Shown here piece by piece: positions 28,890 through 37,643 of a stretch of 64,000 nucleotides of DNA. This stretch comes from Phycisphaerales bacterium (GTDB taxonomy: Bacteria > Planctomycetota > Phycisphaerae > Phycisphaerales > UBA1924). The notes beneath the pieces were generated by a model. That model worked only from the letters and a program-made list of their open reading frames with translations, was not told the DNA's origin and did not search any database. The stretch's first letter is position 1. Every line of letters starts with the position of its first letter. Position numbers and translations under genes: made by a program. The stretch is from assembly GCA_007693785.1 (NCBI GenBank), contig RECY01000034.1:5627-69626 (forward strand), written 5' to 3'.

Positions 28890-30917
28890 TCAGTGCCCCT
28901 CGCGGGTGACGCGCATCACTTCCTGGATGCTCGTCAGCCCGTCGGCGACCTTGCGCATCCCGTCGCTCTGGAGGCTGACCATGCCGCGTTCCAGGCACAT
29001 CCGCCGGAACTCGCTCACGTTCGGGTTCCGCGCGATCACGTCGCGGAGCTGGTCGTCCACCGCGAGCAGCTCGTAGATGCCCACGCGCCCGGAATAGCCC
29101 GTGTTGCGGCACTTGTCGCACCCGACGGCCGACCACATGTCCCGCGCGTTCATCCCCTGCATCGCGAGGTACTCGGTCATCTCCTCGCTCGGCTCAGCGT
29201 GCGCCCGGCAGTGTCCGCACAGACGCCGGACGAGGCGCTGGGCGAGCACGCTGTTGACGGCCGCGCCGACCAAGAACGGCTCCAGACCGATGTTCACCAG
29301 GCGCGTGATCGAGCTCGGCGCGTCGTTGGTGTGCAGCGTGCTCAGCACGAGGTGACCGGTCAACGCGGCCTGCACCGCGGTGTGCGCCGTCTCCTCGTCG
29401 CGGATCTCACCCAGCATGATCACGTCCGGGTCCTGACGCAGCAGCGCCTTGAGCGCTCGAGCGAAGGTCATGCCGATCTTCGCGTGCGTCTGCGTCTGCG
29501 TGATCCCGTCGAGGTGATACTCGACCGGGTCTTCCACGGTGCTGATGTTCAGCTTGTTCTTGTCCAGCGTGCGCAGGCTCGAGTAGAGCGTCGTTGTCTT
29601 ACCCGATCCGGTCGGGCCCGTGACCAGCACGATCCCGTGCGGCTGGCGGATCTGCCCGCGCCAGATCTCCAGCGTCGCTTCATCAAAGCCGAGCTGCTCC
29701 AGCTCCACGTTGATCGACCGCGTGTCCAGGATACGCATCACGGTCTTCTCGCCGACCGGCGTGGGGATGGTCGACACACGAAGGTCGAGCTTGCGCCCCT
29801 GCACCGTGCAGCGGATGCGCCCGTCCTGCGGCACGCGTCGCTCGGAGATGTCCAGCCCCGCCATGATCTTCAGGCGGCTGGTCAGCGCCGGCGCCATCGC
29901 GACCGGCGGGTTCATCATCTCGAAGAGCACGCCGTCGATGCGAAAACGCACCTTGAGCTTCTTCTCGCCGGGCTCGATGTGGATATCGCTCGCGCCCTCT
30001 TTGACGGCCGTCTGGATGATGTAGTTCGCGTAGCGGATGACCGGGCTCTCGCCGGCCTGCTGCTGGAGATCGCCGACCTCGTGCGTGTCGTTGCCCGAGG
30101 CCGTCACCTCGACGTCGGACTCCTCCACGTCAGCGAGGATCTCCGAGAGATCGACGTCTTCCCCGGACTGCTGCCCGACGAGCTCGAGCGCGCCGCGCAC
30201 GTCGGCGCCGGTGACGACGACGAGCTTGACGCCCGCGCACCCGAGCATGCGTTTGATGTCATCGACAAGGAAGACGTCCTCGGTCCGCGTGGCGCCGATG
30301 ACGACCCGCGAGCCTTCCGAGCGGAGCGGGATGACGCTGTGGCGCTTGCAGAACTCGCCGGTGAGGCGCTGGAGGGACTTGCCGTCCACGCCCCCGTCGA
30401 GCCCGGCCGCGAGGTCGATGCGTTCGAAGGGCAGGCCCGCCATCTCGGCGGTCGCCTGCTGGACGCCGACCTCGTCGGCGCCCTGCTCGATCAGGATCTC
30501 GGCGAGCCCGCGCCCCGGGCTCTGCTTGAGCACCTGGCGTGCGGAGGCGAGCTGCTCGCCGGTGATGATCCCGCGCGCCCGGAGCTGCTCGCCGAGCTCG
30601 GGCGCGTCGCCGTCATCGACCTCGAACTGCTCGGGCGTGTAGATCTCGCTCATCGCGCTGCCGACGCTGGAGCGCGGTGCGGCGAGGGGCTTGTTCTTGA
30701 CCGCGGGGTCGTCGGCCGCACGCTCGCGGGCGCGGTCGCCCTGGTGAGCGGGCATCGAGGGGAGCGGGCTGAACGACTGCTCGGCTCGGTCGACGCGGTG
30801 GGTCGCACGGGCCGACGGCTTGCCGAAGCCTTTGTTCGCGTTCGGGCGCGCGCCCTTGCCGGGCTCTTCGGGCAGGCCGAGCTCGCTCAGGATGTCGTCG
30901 ATGTTGTGCTTCGCCAC
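28890..30917 (-). CDS. pilB: type IV pilus / T2SS assembly ATPase (PilB/GspE family)
   Basis: N-terminal T2SSE_N-like region, Walker A GPTGSGKTTTLYS, MLGEIRD, and a C-terminal CxxC...CxxC (CGHC...CDKC). Confidence 0.85.
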   Translation of the reverse strand: MAKHNIDDILSELGLPEEPGKGARPNANKGFGKPSARATHRVDRAEQSFSPLPSMPAHQGDRARERAADDPAVKNKPLAAPRSSVGSAMSEIYTPEQFEVDDGDAPELGEQLRARGIITGEQLASARQVLKQSPGRGLAEILIEQGADEVGVQQATAEMAGLPFERIDLAAGLDGGVDGKSLQRLTGEFCKRHSVIPLRSEGSRVVIGATRTEDVFLVDDIKRMLGCAGVKLVVVTGADVRGALELVGQQSGEDVDLSEILADVEESDVEVTASGNDTHEVGDLQQQAGESPVIRYANYIIQTAVKEGASDIHIEPGEKKLKVRFRIDGVLFEMMNPPVAMAPALTSRLKIMAGLDISERRVPQDGRIRCTVQGRKLDLRVSTIPTPVGEKTVMRILDTRSINVELEQLGFDEATLEIWRGQIRQPHGIVLVTGPTGSGKTTTLYSSLRTLDKNKLNISTVEDPVEYHLDGITQTQTHAKIGMTFARALKALLRQDPDVIMLGEIRDEETAHTAVQAALTGHLVLSTLHTNDAPSSITRLVNIGLEPFLVGAAVNSVLAQRLVRRLCGHCRAHAEPSEEMTEYLAMQGMNARDMWSAVGCDKCRNTGYSGRVGIYELLAVDDQLRDVIARNPNVSEFRRMCLERGMVSLQSDGMRKVADGLTSIQEVMRVTREGH

Positions 30918-30960
30918 GCGCTGCGCTCCGATCTCTCGCCCCCGCGATACACCGGCGCGA

Positions 30961-31665
30961 TCAGCGCCGGCGCGTGCCGCCCCGCTGCGGCTGCTGGCGT
31001 CGGTTTTCCCCGGCGATCAGCACGAACTCCTGCCCGTCGTCGGTGCTCAGCACCGCCGTCCGCCCGTCGATGCGGACCAGCATGAACTCCGTCGCGACGC
31101 GGTCGCCGATGCGGTAGAACTCGTTGTTGATCCGCGCCACCGGCACGCGTCCGTCCATCGTGCTCTGCAGCGCGAGGCGGGAGATCATGTCCTGGATCTG
31201 ACGCTCGCGCTCTGCGGCGGCCTTGCGCGCCGCCTCGGCCGCGAGGGCCTCCTCGTCCACCGGCGGCTGCCCGCTCTGCGCCCGCGCCTCCAACACCGCG
31301 CGGATCTCGAACGGGTTGCGCTCGACCGAATCCAGCGGGATCTGCACCGGGGCCGAGCTCTGCTCCAGGCTCGACATCAGGCGCTCCAACTCGCCCGTGG
31401 GGCGTGCGTTGGCTCGCGGCTCGTAGGTGATGCCCGGGTCGGCGATGACCAGATCCGGGCCCATGCCGAGCTTGCGCATGCCGAAGAGCAGCCCGCCGCC
31501 GATGACCAGCACCGCGAGCAGAACGACCTGCTGCGCGGAGATCTTGGTTTTCGGCCCCCCGCCGCTCGCGGCCGACGCGCCAACGCCGATCTTGCTCAGC
31601 TTCTCGTTCGGAGAGGGCTCGAGCCCGTCTTCGCTCAGCGGATCGCCCAGGTTGAACTCGCTCAC
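30961..31665 (-). CDS. pilus-operon protein in the PilP position, function unverified
   Basis: One TM helix, a coiled/charged linker and a C-terminal beta-rich domain (VARINNEFYRIGDRVATEFMLVRIDGRTAVL). Overlaps the pilO stop by 4 nt. Confidence 0.4.
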   Translation of the reverse strand: MSEFNLGDPLSEDGLEPSPNEKLSKIGVGASAASGGGPKTKISAQQVVLLAVLVIGGGLLFGMRKLGMGPDLVIADPGITYEPRANARPTGELERLMSSLEQSSAPVQIPLDSVERNPFEIRAVLEARAQSGQPPVDEEALAAEAARKAAAERERQIQDMISRLALQSTMDGRVPVARINNEFYRIGDRVATEFMLVRIDGRTAVLSTDDGQEFVLIAGENRRQQPQRGGTRRR

Positions 31666-32207
31666 GGCGCGCCTCCTCCGTCTTCCTGGAAGTAGATGCT
31701 CAGCGTGAAGCCGACTTCGACCTCCGCCTCCATCCCCCGCGTTGCCCGGAGCTTCAAATCCGGGATCCGCGTGATCCGCGGGAGCTGCTCCAGACGGAGC
31801 AGGAAGTCGTAGAACCCGTGGAAGTTGCCCTCGGTCTCGATCTCCAGGGGCTGCTCCATGTAGGTCGCCGCGCGGAGATGACGCCCCGTCTTGAGCGCCG
31901 GCGCGACGAGCCCCGCCTCCACCGCCAGGTCCGAGACCTGACGCACCACCGCGTCCACCTCGCGGTTGGTCGGCAGCCGGTTCTCGATCTCCTGGATCCG
32001 CTCGGCGATCTCCTCGTTGGCGCGCAGCAGGTCCTCGTTCATCGCCGTTTCCTGCTGCAGCTTCTGCAGCAGCTCGCGCTTGTGCGCGATCTCGGAGGTC
32101 GCCTTGGCGATCCGCTCGTTCTGCGGCTTGAACACCAGCGCGTAGCTCGCGACCGGCACCGCCAGCACGACCGCCAGCACCATCAGCTCACGGGGTCCGA
32201 CTCGCAT
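31662..32207 (-). CDS. pilO: PilO-like pilus biogenesis protein
   Basis: N-terminal TM helix, coiled coil, and C-terminal GNFHGFYDFLLRLEQLPRI typical of PilO. Confidence 0.6.
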   Translation of the reverse strand: MRVGPRELMVLAVVLAVPVASYALVFKPQNERIAKATSEIAHKRELLQKLQQETAMNEDLLRANEEIAERIQEIENRLPTNREVDAVVRQVSDLAVEAGLVAPALKTGRHLRAATYMEQPLEIETEGNFHGFYDFLLRLEQLPRITRIPDLKLRATRGMEAEVEVGFTLSIYFQEDGGGAP

Positions 32208-32210
32208 CGC

Positions 32211-33125
32211 TCACCGACCTCCCTCTTCGCCCGAAGGCTCCGGCACGTTCACGACGCCGCCCGGCAGCGGCTCGCCCTGGTCCAGCTCGATCTCCTCCAG
32301 CAGCCCGGCGTCGATCAGCTCGCCCACCTGCTCGCCCTTGCGCAGCGCCTCGGCGATGTCGTCGCCCGCGTCCAGAACGCCCGGGGACTTGTCCGACGCC
32401 TCCACGCCCAGCGAGCGCGCGTCCGCGTCGTCGCGCAGCCGCGCCACGATCCGGAACGACCGCAGCGCGACGTTGTCCTCGATCGTGTTGCGGATGAACT
32501 CCAGCTCCACGCCCTCGAGGAGCGGGCAGCTCTGGAGGCTGCGCAGGTAGTCGGCGATCTGGTTGTTGACCTCCGCGACGCCGCGGATCGAGAGCGAGTA
32601 CTCAAACCGCGGGGGGAGGACGCGCGGGCGAGCGGGGGACGCCGGCGCGCCGCCGCTGGTCTGCCCGCTGAGCGAGCGGATCGCCGGGGTCGCGGGGGCG
32701 GGTGTCGCGGGCGCCTGGTTGACGCGCTTGCTGGTCATGTGGAACTCGCTCATCGAGACGCCCGCGGGCATCCGCGTGACGAGCTCGGCGAGCAGGACCG
32801 ACCTCGGCACGCGCTCGATCAGGGCCGTCGTCAGCTCCGCCTTGCCGACCATCTCCATGCGCTGCTGCTCCAGCGCATTGAGCTGCTCGATGCGGAGCTT
32901 CGCCTCGTCATACTGCGCCTCGATCACGTCCCGCTCGGCGCGGACCGACTCCCACTGGCGGCTCGTTACGATGAACGCGCTCACCACACCGAACATCACC
33001 AGCGCGAACGTGAACACCGCGATCAGGTTCGTCCGCGTCTCACCCTTGGACTGCACGTAGTCCTCGGGCAGGAAGCTCTGGTTGTCGTCCGCCTCCCGGC
33101 GAAACGGGTTATTCATCGCACACAC
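32211..33125 (-). CDS. pilN: PilN-like fimbrial assembly protein
   Basis: Cytoplasmic N-terminal peptide, a single TM helix (LIAVFTFALVMFGVVSAFIV), a coiled coil, and its position between pilM and pilO. Confidence 0.55.
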   Translation of the reverse strand: MCAMNNPFRREADDNQSFLPEDYVQSKGETRTNLIAVFTFALVMFGVVSAFIVTSRQWESVRAERDVIEAQYDEAKLRIEQLNALEQQRMEMVGKAELTTALIERVPRSVLLAELVTRMPAGVSMSEFHMTSKRVNQAPATPAPATPAIRSLSGQTSGGAPASPARPRVLPPRFEYSLSIRGVAEVNNQIADYLRSLQSCPLLEGVELEFIRNTIEDNVALRSFRIVARLRDDADARSLGVEASDKSPGVLDAGDDIAEALRKGEQVGELIDAGLLEEIELDQGEPLPGGVVNVPEPSGEEGGR

Positions 33126-33158
33126 TCCACGTCGCGAGCCCGCGCCCGCGCCTGAAAC

Positions 33159-34451
33159 TCAAAGATCCGTCGGGCTCACACAAAGACCCAGCGCCACCGC
33201 CCACCCCGGCTGCGTCTCCTGGAAAGACACCCCGGACGTCGGCTCCTTCCCGCTCCGACCCACACGCGCCAGCGGGTCGGCGATCTGGCCGCTCAGACGC
33301 AGCGTCCGCGCCACGTGGTGGCACAACGCACGCTGGCGGCTCTCGCCCCCGAAGAAGACCACGCGGCTCACACGACGCGACGGGAACAGGCTCGCGTGAT
33401 ACCGCAGGCACATCGACACCTCGTCGGTCAGGATCTCCAAGGGCTCGCTCAGGTCCGCCTTCGGCGCCACACGCTTGCGGAACCCCTTCGACCCCGGCTC
33501 GGCGGCCGCCGGTGAACGCACGAACGCGCCCGCCGGCTGCCGACGCGACGCGTCCTCGCCCTCGGGCGACTCGCCCGCGCCCGCCTTGGCCATGCCCGCC
33601 GCGAGCACCGCCATGGAGCTGCCGTCCTCGTCCGCGCCCGCGTCGTTGACCACCGGCCCGGGCGTCGGGCCCGCGCCCTCCGGGGTCAGCTGCTCCATCC
33701 CGAGGCGGTGCTCCCGGGCGTGCACCATCGCCAGCTTGAGCTGGTCCGCGACCGCCTGATCGAGGTGCGCGCCGCCGATCTCCACGCAACGGGCGAACGC
33801 GAGCTGCGTCCCGTGCGAGATCAGCACCTTGGTCGAGCCCGTGCCGATGTCGAGATAGAGCGTGCCGGTGCCGTCGTCGGCCTCGCCCGCGCCCTTGAAC
33901 CCGCCGAAAGCCCGGAGCCCGGCCTGGAACTCCGAGTGCATCCCGACCGGCTCGAGCTTCGACGCCCGGAGCGAGCCCATCATCTGTTCCACAAACTCGC
34001 GTCCGGTCGCGAGGCAGATCGTCTCGAGCTTGCCGCCCGCTCGCTCGCACGGGCCGACCTCGACGTGGCGGAACACCAGGGCGTCGGGCGAGCAGCCGAT
34101 CTCCCTCGGCAGCAACGCCCGGACCAGCGCGCCGACGTTGACCCCGTCGGTGACCTGGAACTGGGCGTGCTTGCAGAAGGTCCGGGAGGCGGGGATCGAG
34201 CAGACCGCGCGCTTGCCCTTGAACCCGCCTTGCTTGATCAGCTTGGGCAGAGCCGCGAACTGGAACTCGAACCGCTTGTCATCATCGAACAGCAGGTCGT
34301 CCGGCGTGGGGACGCTGGCGGCGGCCACAAGGCCCTGCGGCTCGCCCGCCGAGACCTGCAGCACCTTGAGGCTCGAGACCCCGAAGTCGATCCCGATCGG
34401 CAGCCCCGATTGGCGCAGCACCGAGATCGATCCCAGACGACCAAGTCCCAT
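33159..34451 (-). CDS. pilM: PilM type IV pilus assembly protein, with a ~100-aa low-complexity insertion
   Basis: ATG at 34451. IGIDFGVSSLKVLQV and LYLDIGTGSTKVLISHGTQLAFARCVEIGGAHLDQAVA. Confidence 0.8.
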   Translation of the reverse strand: MGLGRLGSISVLRQSGLPIGIDFGVSSLKVLQVSAGEPQGLVAAASVPTPDDLLFDDDKRFEFQFAALPKLIKQGGFKGKRAVCSIPASRTFCKHAQFQVTDGVNVGALVRALLPREIGCSPDALVFRHVEVGPCERAGGKLETICLATGREFVEQMMGSLRASKLEPVGMHSEFQAGLRAFGGFKGAGEADDGTGTLYLDIGTGSTKVLISHGTQLAFARCVEIGGAHLDQAVADQLKLAMVHAREHRLGMEQLTPEGAGPTPGPVVNDAGADEDGSSMAVLAAGMAKAGAGESPEGEDASRRQPAGAFVRSPAAAEPGSKGFRKRVAPKADLSEPLEILTDEVSMCLRYHASLFPSRRVSRVVFFGGESRQRALCHHVARTLRLSGQIADPLARVGRSGKEPTSGVSFQETQPGWAVALGLCVSPTDL

Positions 34452-34764
34452 GACCCGCACCTCCCCGCAGCAACAACCGGACACCGCACGCGAGCCGCGA
34501 CGTCGCCGCCGAACCGCCCGCGCACGGACCCCGCATCCCAATCCACAGATCGGGCGGGCGGTGACGCCAATTGAGCCGCGGAACCAACCCCCGAAACTTC
34601 CACACCCCCCGGACTCGCCCAGACCGCACGAGCCGAGCACGGTCCGGGAAGAAAGGCAGTCGGCACTAGGGATAAGGGACTAGGGACTACGGCGAGGGGC
34701 GACGGGGAAGGAATGGTGATGCGAGGAAGAAATGAAAGCGCAGGAAAAATTCGGACTTCAATAT

Positions 34765-35559
34765 CTAAAATCCGAGCCCCGAGTTCCGAACCCCGAGCCC
34801 CCGCTCACCCGCTCGGGTCGTGGCTTGCAGCACCGCGAGGGCTCTGGGCAGGTCCCACGTCTGCCGGCTCCGGTCGCCGGTGGTGTTGCTGATGATCCGG
34901 AGCTCCCCCGCGGGCAAGCCCAGGCGGGACGCCACGAGCGCGACGCCCGCGCCTTCCATCGCCTCGGCGATCGCCCCGGTCCGGGCGGCGACCGACGCGG
35001 CGAGCGGGTCGGTCCCCGAACAGGTCGACACGGTCGCGATCGGGCCGGTCCTCACCCGCCCCTCGCCGGCGCCGGCCATCACGCGGGCCCAGCCGGCGTC
35101 CAGCGGGAGCGCCGCCCCCCACGCCGACCCGCCCGCGACGCCCTCGCCCGCGGGGAAGCCCATCGCAGCCTGGTCCGAAAACCCGTCAGGCGTCATCAGG
35201 CCCACGTCGGCGAAGACGCCCGAGGTGCCGACGACCACGTCCCCGATCCCCACCGGGGCCCCCGGGAGGGCGCCCGCGACCCCGACACTGAGCAGCCCGG
35301 CGTGCCGCGCGGGGTCAGCGAAGCGGGCCGCCGCCCCGCTCGCGTTGCTGAGCCCGACCCCGGTGCGGACCAGGTCCACCCCGGGCCCGAGCACGACCGG
35401 GGCCCACGGGCGGGACGGGGCGGGCACGCCCCATCCCTCGCACACGGCTTCCGCCTCCTTGCCCGCCGCCACCAGGACCAGCAGGCCGCGGGGCGTTCCA
35501 GCCCCCTCCGCCCCGGCGAGCCATGACGCAAGCGCTTGCAAGATCGAGTGTTCAGCCAT
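34765..35559 (-). CDS. mqnB: futalosine hydrolase (PNP/UDP phosphorylase-fold nucleosidase)
   Basis: TGVGLSNAS, SVGVAGAL and ATVSTCSGT...AEAMEGAGVALVA...ELRIISNTTGDR match the MqnB pattern. Confidence 0.6.
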   Translation of the reverse strand: MAEHSILQALASWLAGAEGAGTPRGLLVLVAAGKEAEAVCEGWGVPAPSRPWAPVVLGPGVDLVRTGVGLSNASGAAARFADPARHAGLLSVGVAGALPGAPVGIGDVVVGTSGVFADVGLMTPDGFSDQAAMGFPAGEGVAGGSAWGAALPLDAGWARVMAGAGEGRVRTGPIATVSTCSGTDPLAASVAARTGAIAEAMEGAGVALVASRLGLPAGELRIISNTTGDRSRQTWDLPRALAVLQATTRAGERGLGVRNSGLGF

Positions 35560-35819
35560 CGCGCCCGGGCCTCCTCACGCGTGTACCATCACACCCCGTT
35601 TCGGGGTTTTTGCTCGCCCATTTGCCCAATGATTCCCGTCCGTAGGGGCATCGGCATCTTCTGGTTGGGCGAAATCAACCGCCGACTGGGTCGTTGGTAT
35701 CAATAGCGGCGTCCGGCTCGCTCGCGTGCCGATGCTGATGCTCCCATGCCTTCGGACCCCGTGCATCGGTTGTGTGTGATCCCTGCTGGCGTCTTGGCCG
35801 GCGAACGGAGAGGACCTTG

Positions 35820-37565
35820 ATGACCCCCACCCACGTGCGGCTTCGCCCCCACGCCCGAGCCGACCGCGCCCGTCGCGGCGGAACGCTCCTCAAGCTCGTC
35901 GTCGGGCTCACGATCTTGGCGGGCGGGACCGTCGGTGTGCTGGCGGCGACGGGCAACCTGCCGGGGCTGTCCGGCGGCGAGGCCCGCGAAGTCGCCGACC
36001 GTGCCCGCACGGCCAACATCGCGCGAGCCGAGCACCGCACGTTTGACATCACGACCATCGCCTCGGGCGAGTTGCAGTCTCGGAATCAGATCGAGCTGCG
36101 GGCGGAGGTGGAGACGGGGACGTCGATCGTGGAGATCGTGCCCGAGGGGATCATCGTGGAGCCGGGGGACGTGCTCGTGCGTCTCAGCTCGGCCGCGTTG
36201 CAGGACCAGATCGACGAGGAGCTGCTCCGCGTGGAAGCCGCGCGGAACGACCTCGCGGCCGCCCAGACCGCGCTGCGGATCCAGCAATCCGACAACGCCA
36301 GCCGCCTCCGGAACGCGGAACTGCAGGTGGAACTGGCCGAGCTGGCGCTGTTGCAATGGCAGGAAGGCGAGCGCGTTCGGCGGGAGAAGGAGCTCCGGGT
36401 CAACCTGGAGAACCGCGAGCGCGACCTGGAGCGCCTTCGCGACAAGTTCGAACAGAGCAAGTCGCTGCTGGCGAACGACTTCTTGAGCCTCGACGAGTAC
36501 AAGCTCGACGAGATCCGCCTGGCGGAGGGCGAGGCGGCGTTCTCGATCGCGCAGCTCGACCTGGAGACGTACGCGAACTATCAGCGCCCGCGTGATCAGA
36601 AGCAGCGTCAGAGCGACGTCGCGAACGCGAAGGCGGACCTGCAGAAGACGATCGAAGAGAACGAGATCAACCTGGCGGACCGCCAGCTCAACGTGACGAG
36701 CCGCGAGCGTCAGCTCGCGCTCCGCGAGCAGCGGCTTTCGAAGCTGCGCGAGCAGTACGAGGCGTGCACGGTGCGTGCGCCCTCGGGGGGGCTCGTGGTA
36801 TACGCGACGAGCCTGGACCGGAACCGTCGCGGCGGGTCCGAGGGCCCGCTGCAGGTGGGGCACCAGGTGCGTCCGAACGATCTGTTGATCGTGCTCCCGG
36901 ACACGAGCCGCATGATGGCCGAGGTCCGTGTGCACGAGAGCCTCGCGGGGCGCGTGCGTCGCGGGCAGCCGGCGACGATCCGCGTCGATGCGGCGGGGAA
37001 CGAGACGTACAACGGTCGGGTGGAATCGGTGGGCGTGCTGGCCGAGACGGGCGGGTGGCGGGATCCGAACCGTCGCGAGTACACGGTCCGCGTGGCGATC
37101 GAGGGCGACAACAGCGAGGGCATTCTGAAGCCGAGCATGCGTGCGGAGGCCGAGTTGCAGCTCGGGCGTGTCGAGGACGCGCTCTCGGTGCCGATTCAAT
37201 CGGTGTTCAGCGACGGGCCGGTGCGGTACGTGTACGTCCCGCGCGGGACCCGGTACGCCCGCGTGCCCGTCGCGGTGGGGCGTCGGAGCAACGTCTTCGC
37301 AGAGATCACCGGCGGGCTGAGCGACGGCGACCGCGTGCTGATCACCGAGCCCGAGCCCAACAACGTCCTCGAAGAGCGGTGGACGGAGGAGCAGCTCCGC
37401 GTCGCTGGGTTGGCGACCGACGAGCGCGGGCAGATCGTCCCGATCGCGTTCCTCGAGCGTGAAAACCAGGTCGGCGGCGGCAGCGCCCCGCCGCAGGGCG
37501 GCACGTCACGCGGCACCGGCGCGCGCCCGCCGCAGGCCGCCCGCTCGGGCGCCGGGGCGAACTGA
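35820..37565 (+). CDS. efflux-pump periplasmic adaptor (membrane fusion protein, HlyD/MacA-like)
   Basis: ATG at 35820 with GGAGAGG upstream. TM anchor, lipoyl-like halves, a very long coiled-coil hairpin and a beta-barrel domain (VRAPSGGLVVY..., MRAEAEL). Confidence 0.8.
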   Translation: MTPTHVRLRPHARADRARRGGTLLKLVVGLTILAGGTVGVLAATGNLPGLSGGEAREVADRARTANIARAEHRTFDITTIASGELQSRNQIELRAEVETGTSIVEIVPEGIIVEPGDVLVRLSSAALQDQIDEELLRVEAARNDLAAAQTALRIQQSDNASRLRNAELQVELAELALLQWQEGERVRREKELRVNLENRERDLERLRDKFEQSKSLLANDFLSLDEYKLDEIRLAEGEAAFSIAQLDLETYANYQRPRDQKQRQSDVANAKADLQKTIEENEINLADRQLNVTSRERQLALREQRLSKLREQYEACTVRAPSGGLVVYATSLDRNRRGGSEGPLQVGHQVRPNDLLIVLPDTSRMMAEVRVHESLAGRVRRGQPATIRVDAAGNETYNGRVESVGVLAETGGWRDPNRREYTVRVAIEGDNSEGILKPSMRAEAELQLGRVEDALSVPIQSVFSDGPVRYVYVPRGTRYARVPVAVGRRSNVFAEITGGLSDGDRVLITEPEPNNVLEERWTEEQLRVAGLATDERGQIVPIAFLERENQVGGGSAPPQGGTSRGTGARPPQAARSGAGAN

Positions 37566-37643
37566 TCGCCTGACCGATCGCGGATCGCTCCCGGCGCGGC
37601 GGCTCGCGCGAATGACGCGTTTTCTCCATCGACCGATCCGGGA

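Noticed and set aside
34655-34700. Short reiterated TAGGGA / TAGTCCC motifs (CTAGGGATAAGGGACTAGGGACTACGG) upstream of the pil operon, as a possible operator array.
   Set aside because: The units are only 6-8 nt with imperfect spacing. I cannot distinguish this from chance in an AT-richer leader without comparative data.
35592-35611. Plus-strand hairpin ACCCCG-ttt-CGGGGT followed by TTTT, which looks like a terminator or sRNA 3' end.
   Set aside because: The stem is only 5-6 bp with a 3-nt loop. No plus-strand gene lies upstream to terminate. The site lies in the mqnB 5' leader on the other strand, so the support is too weak for a call.
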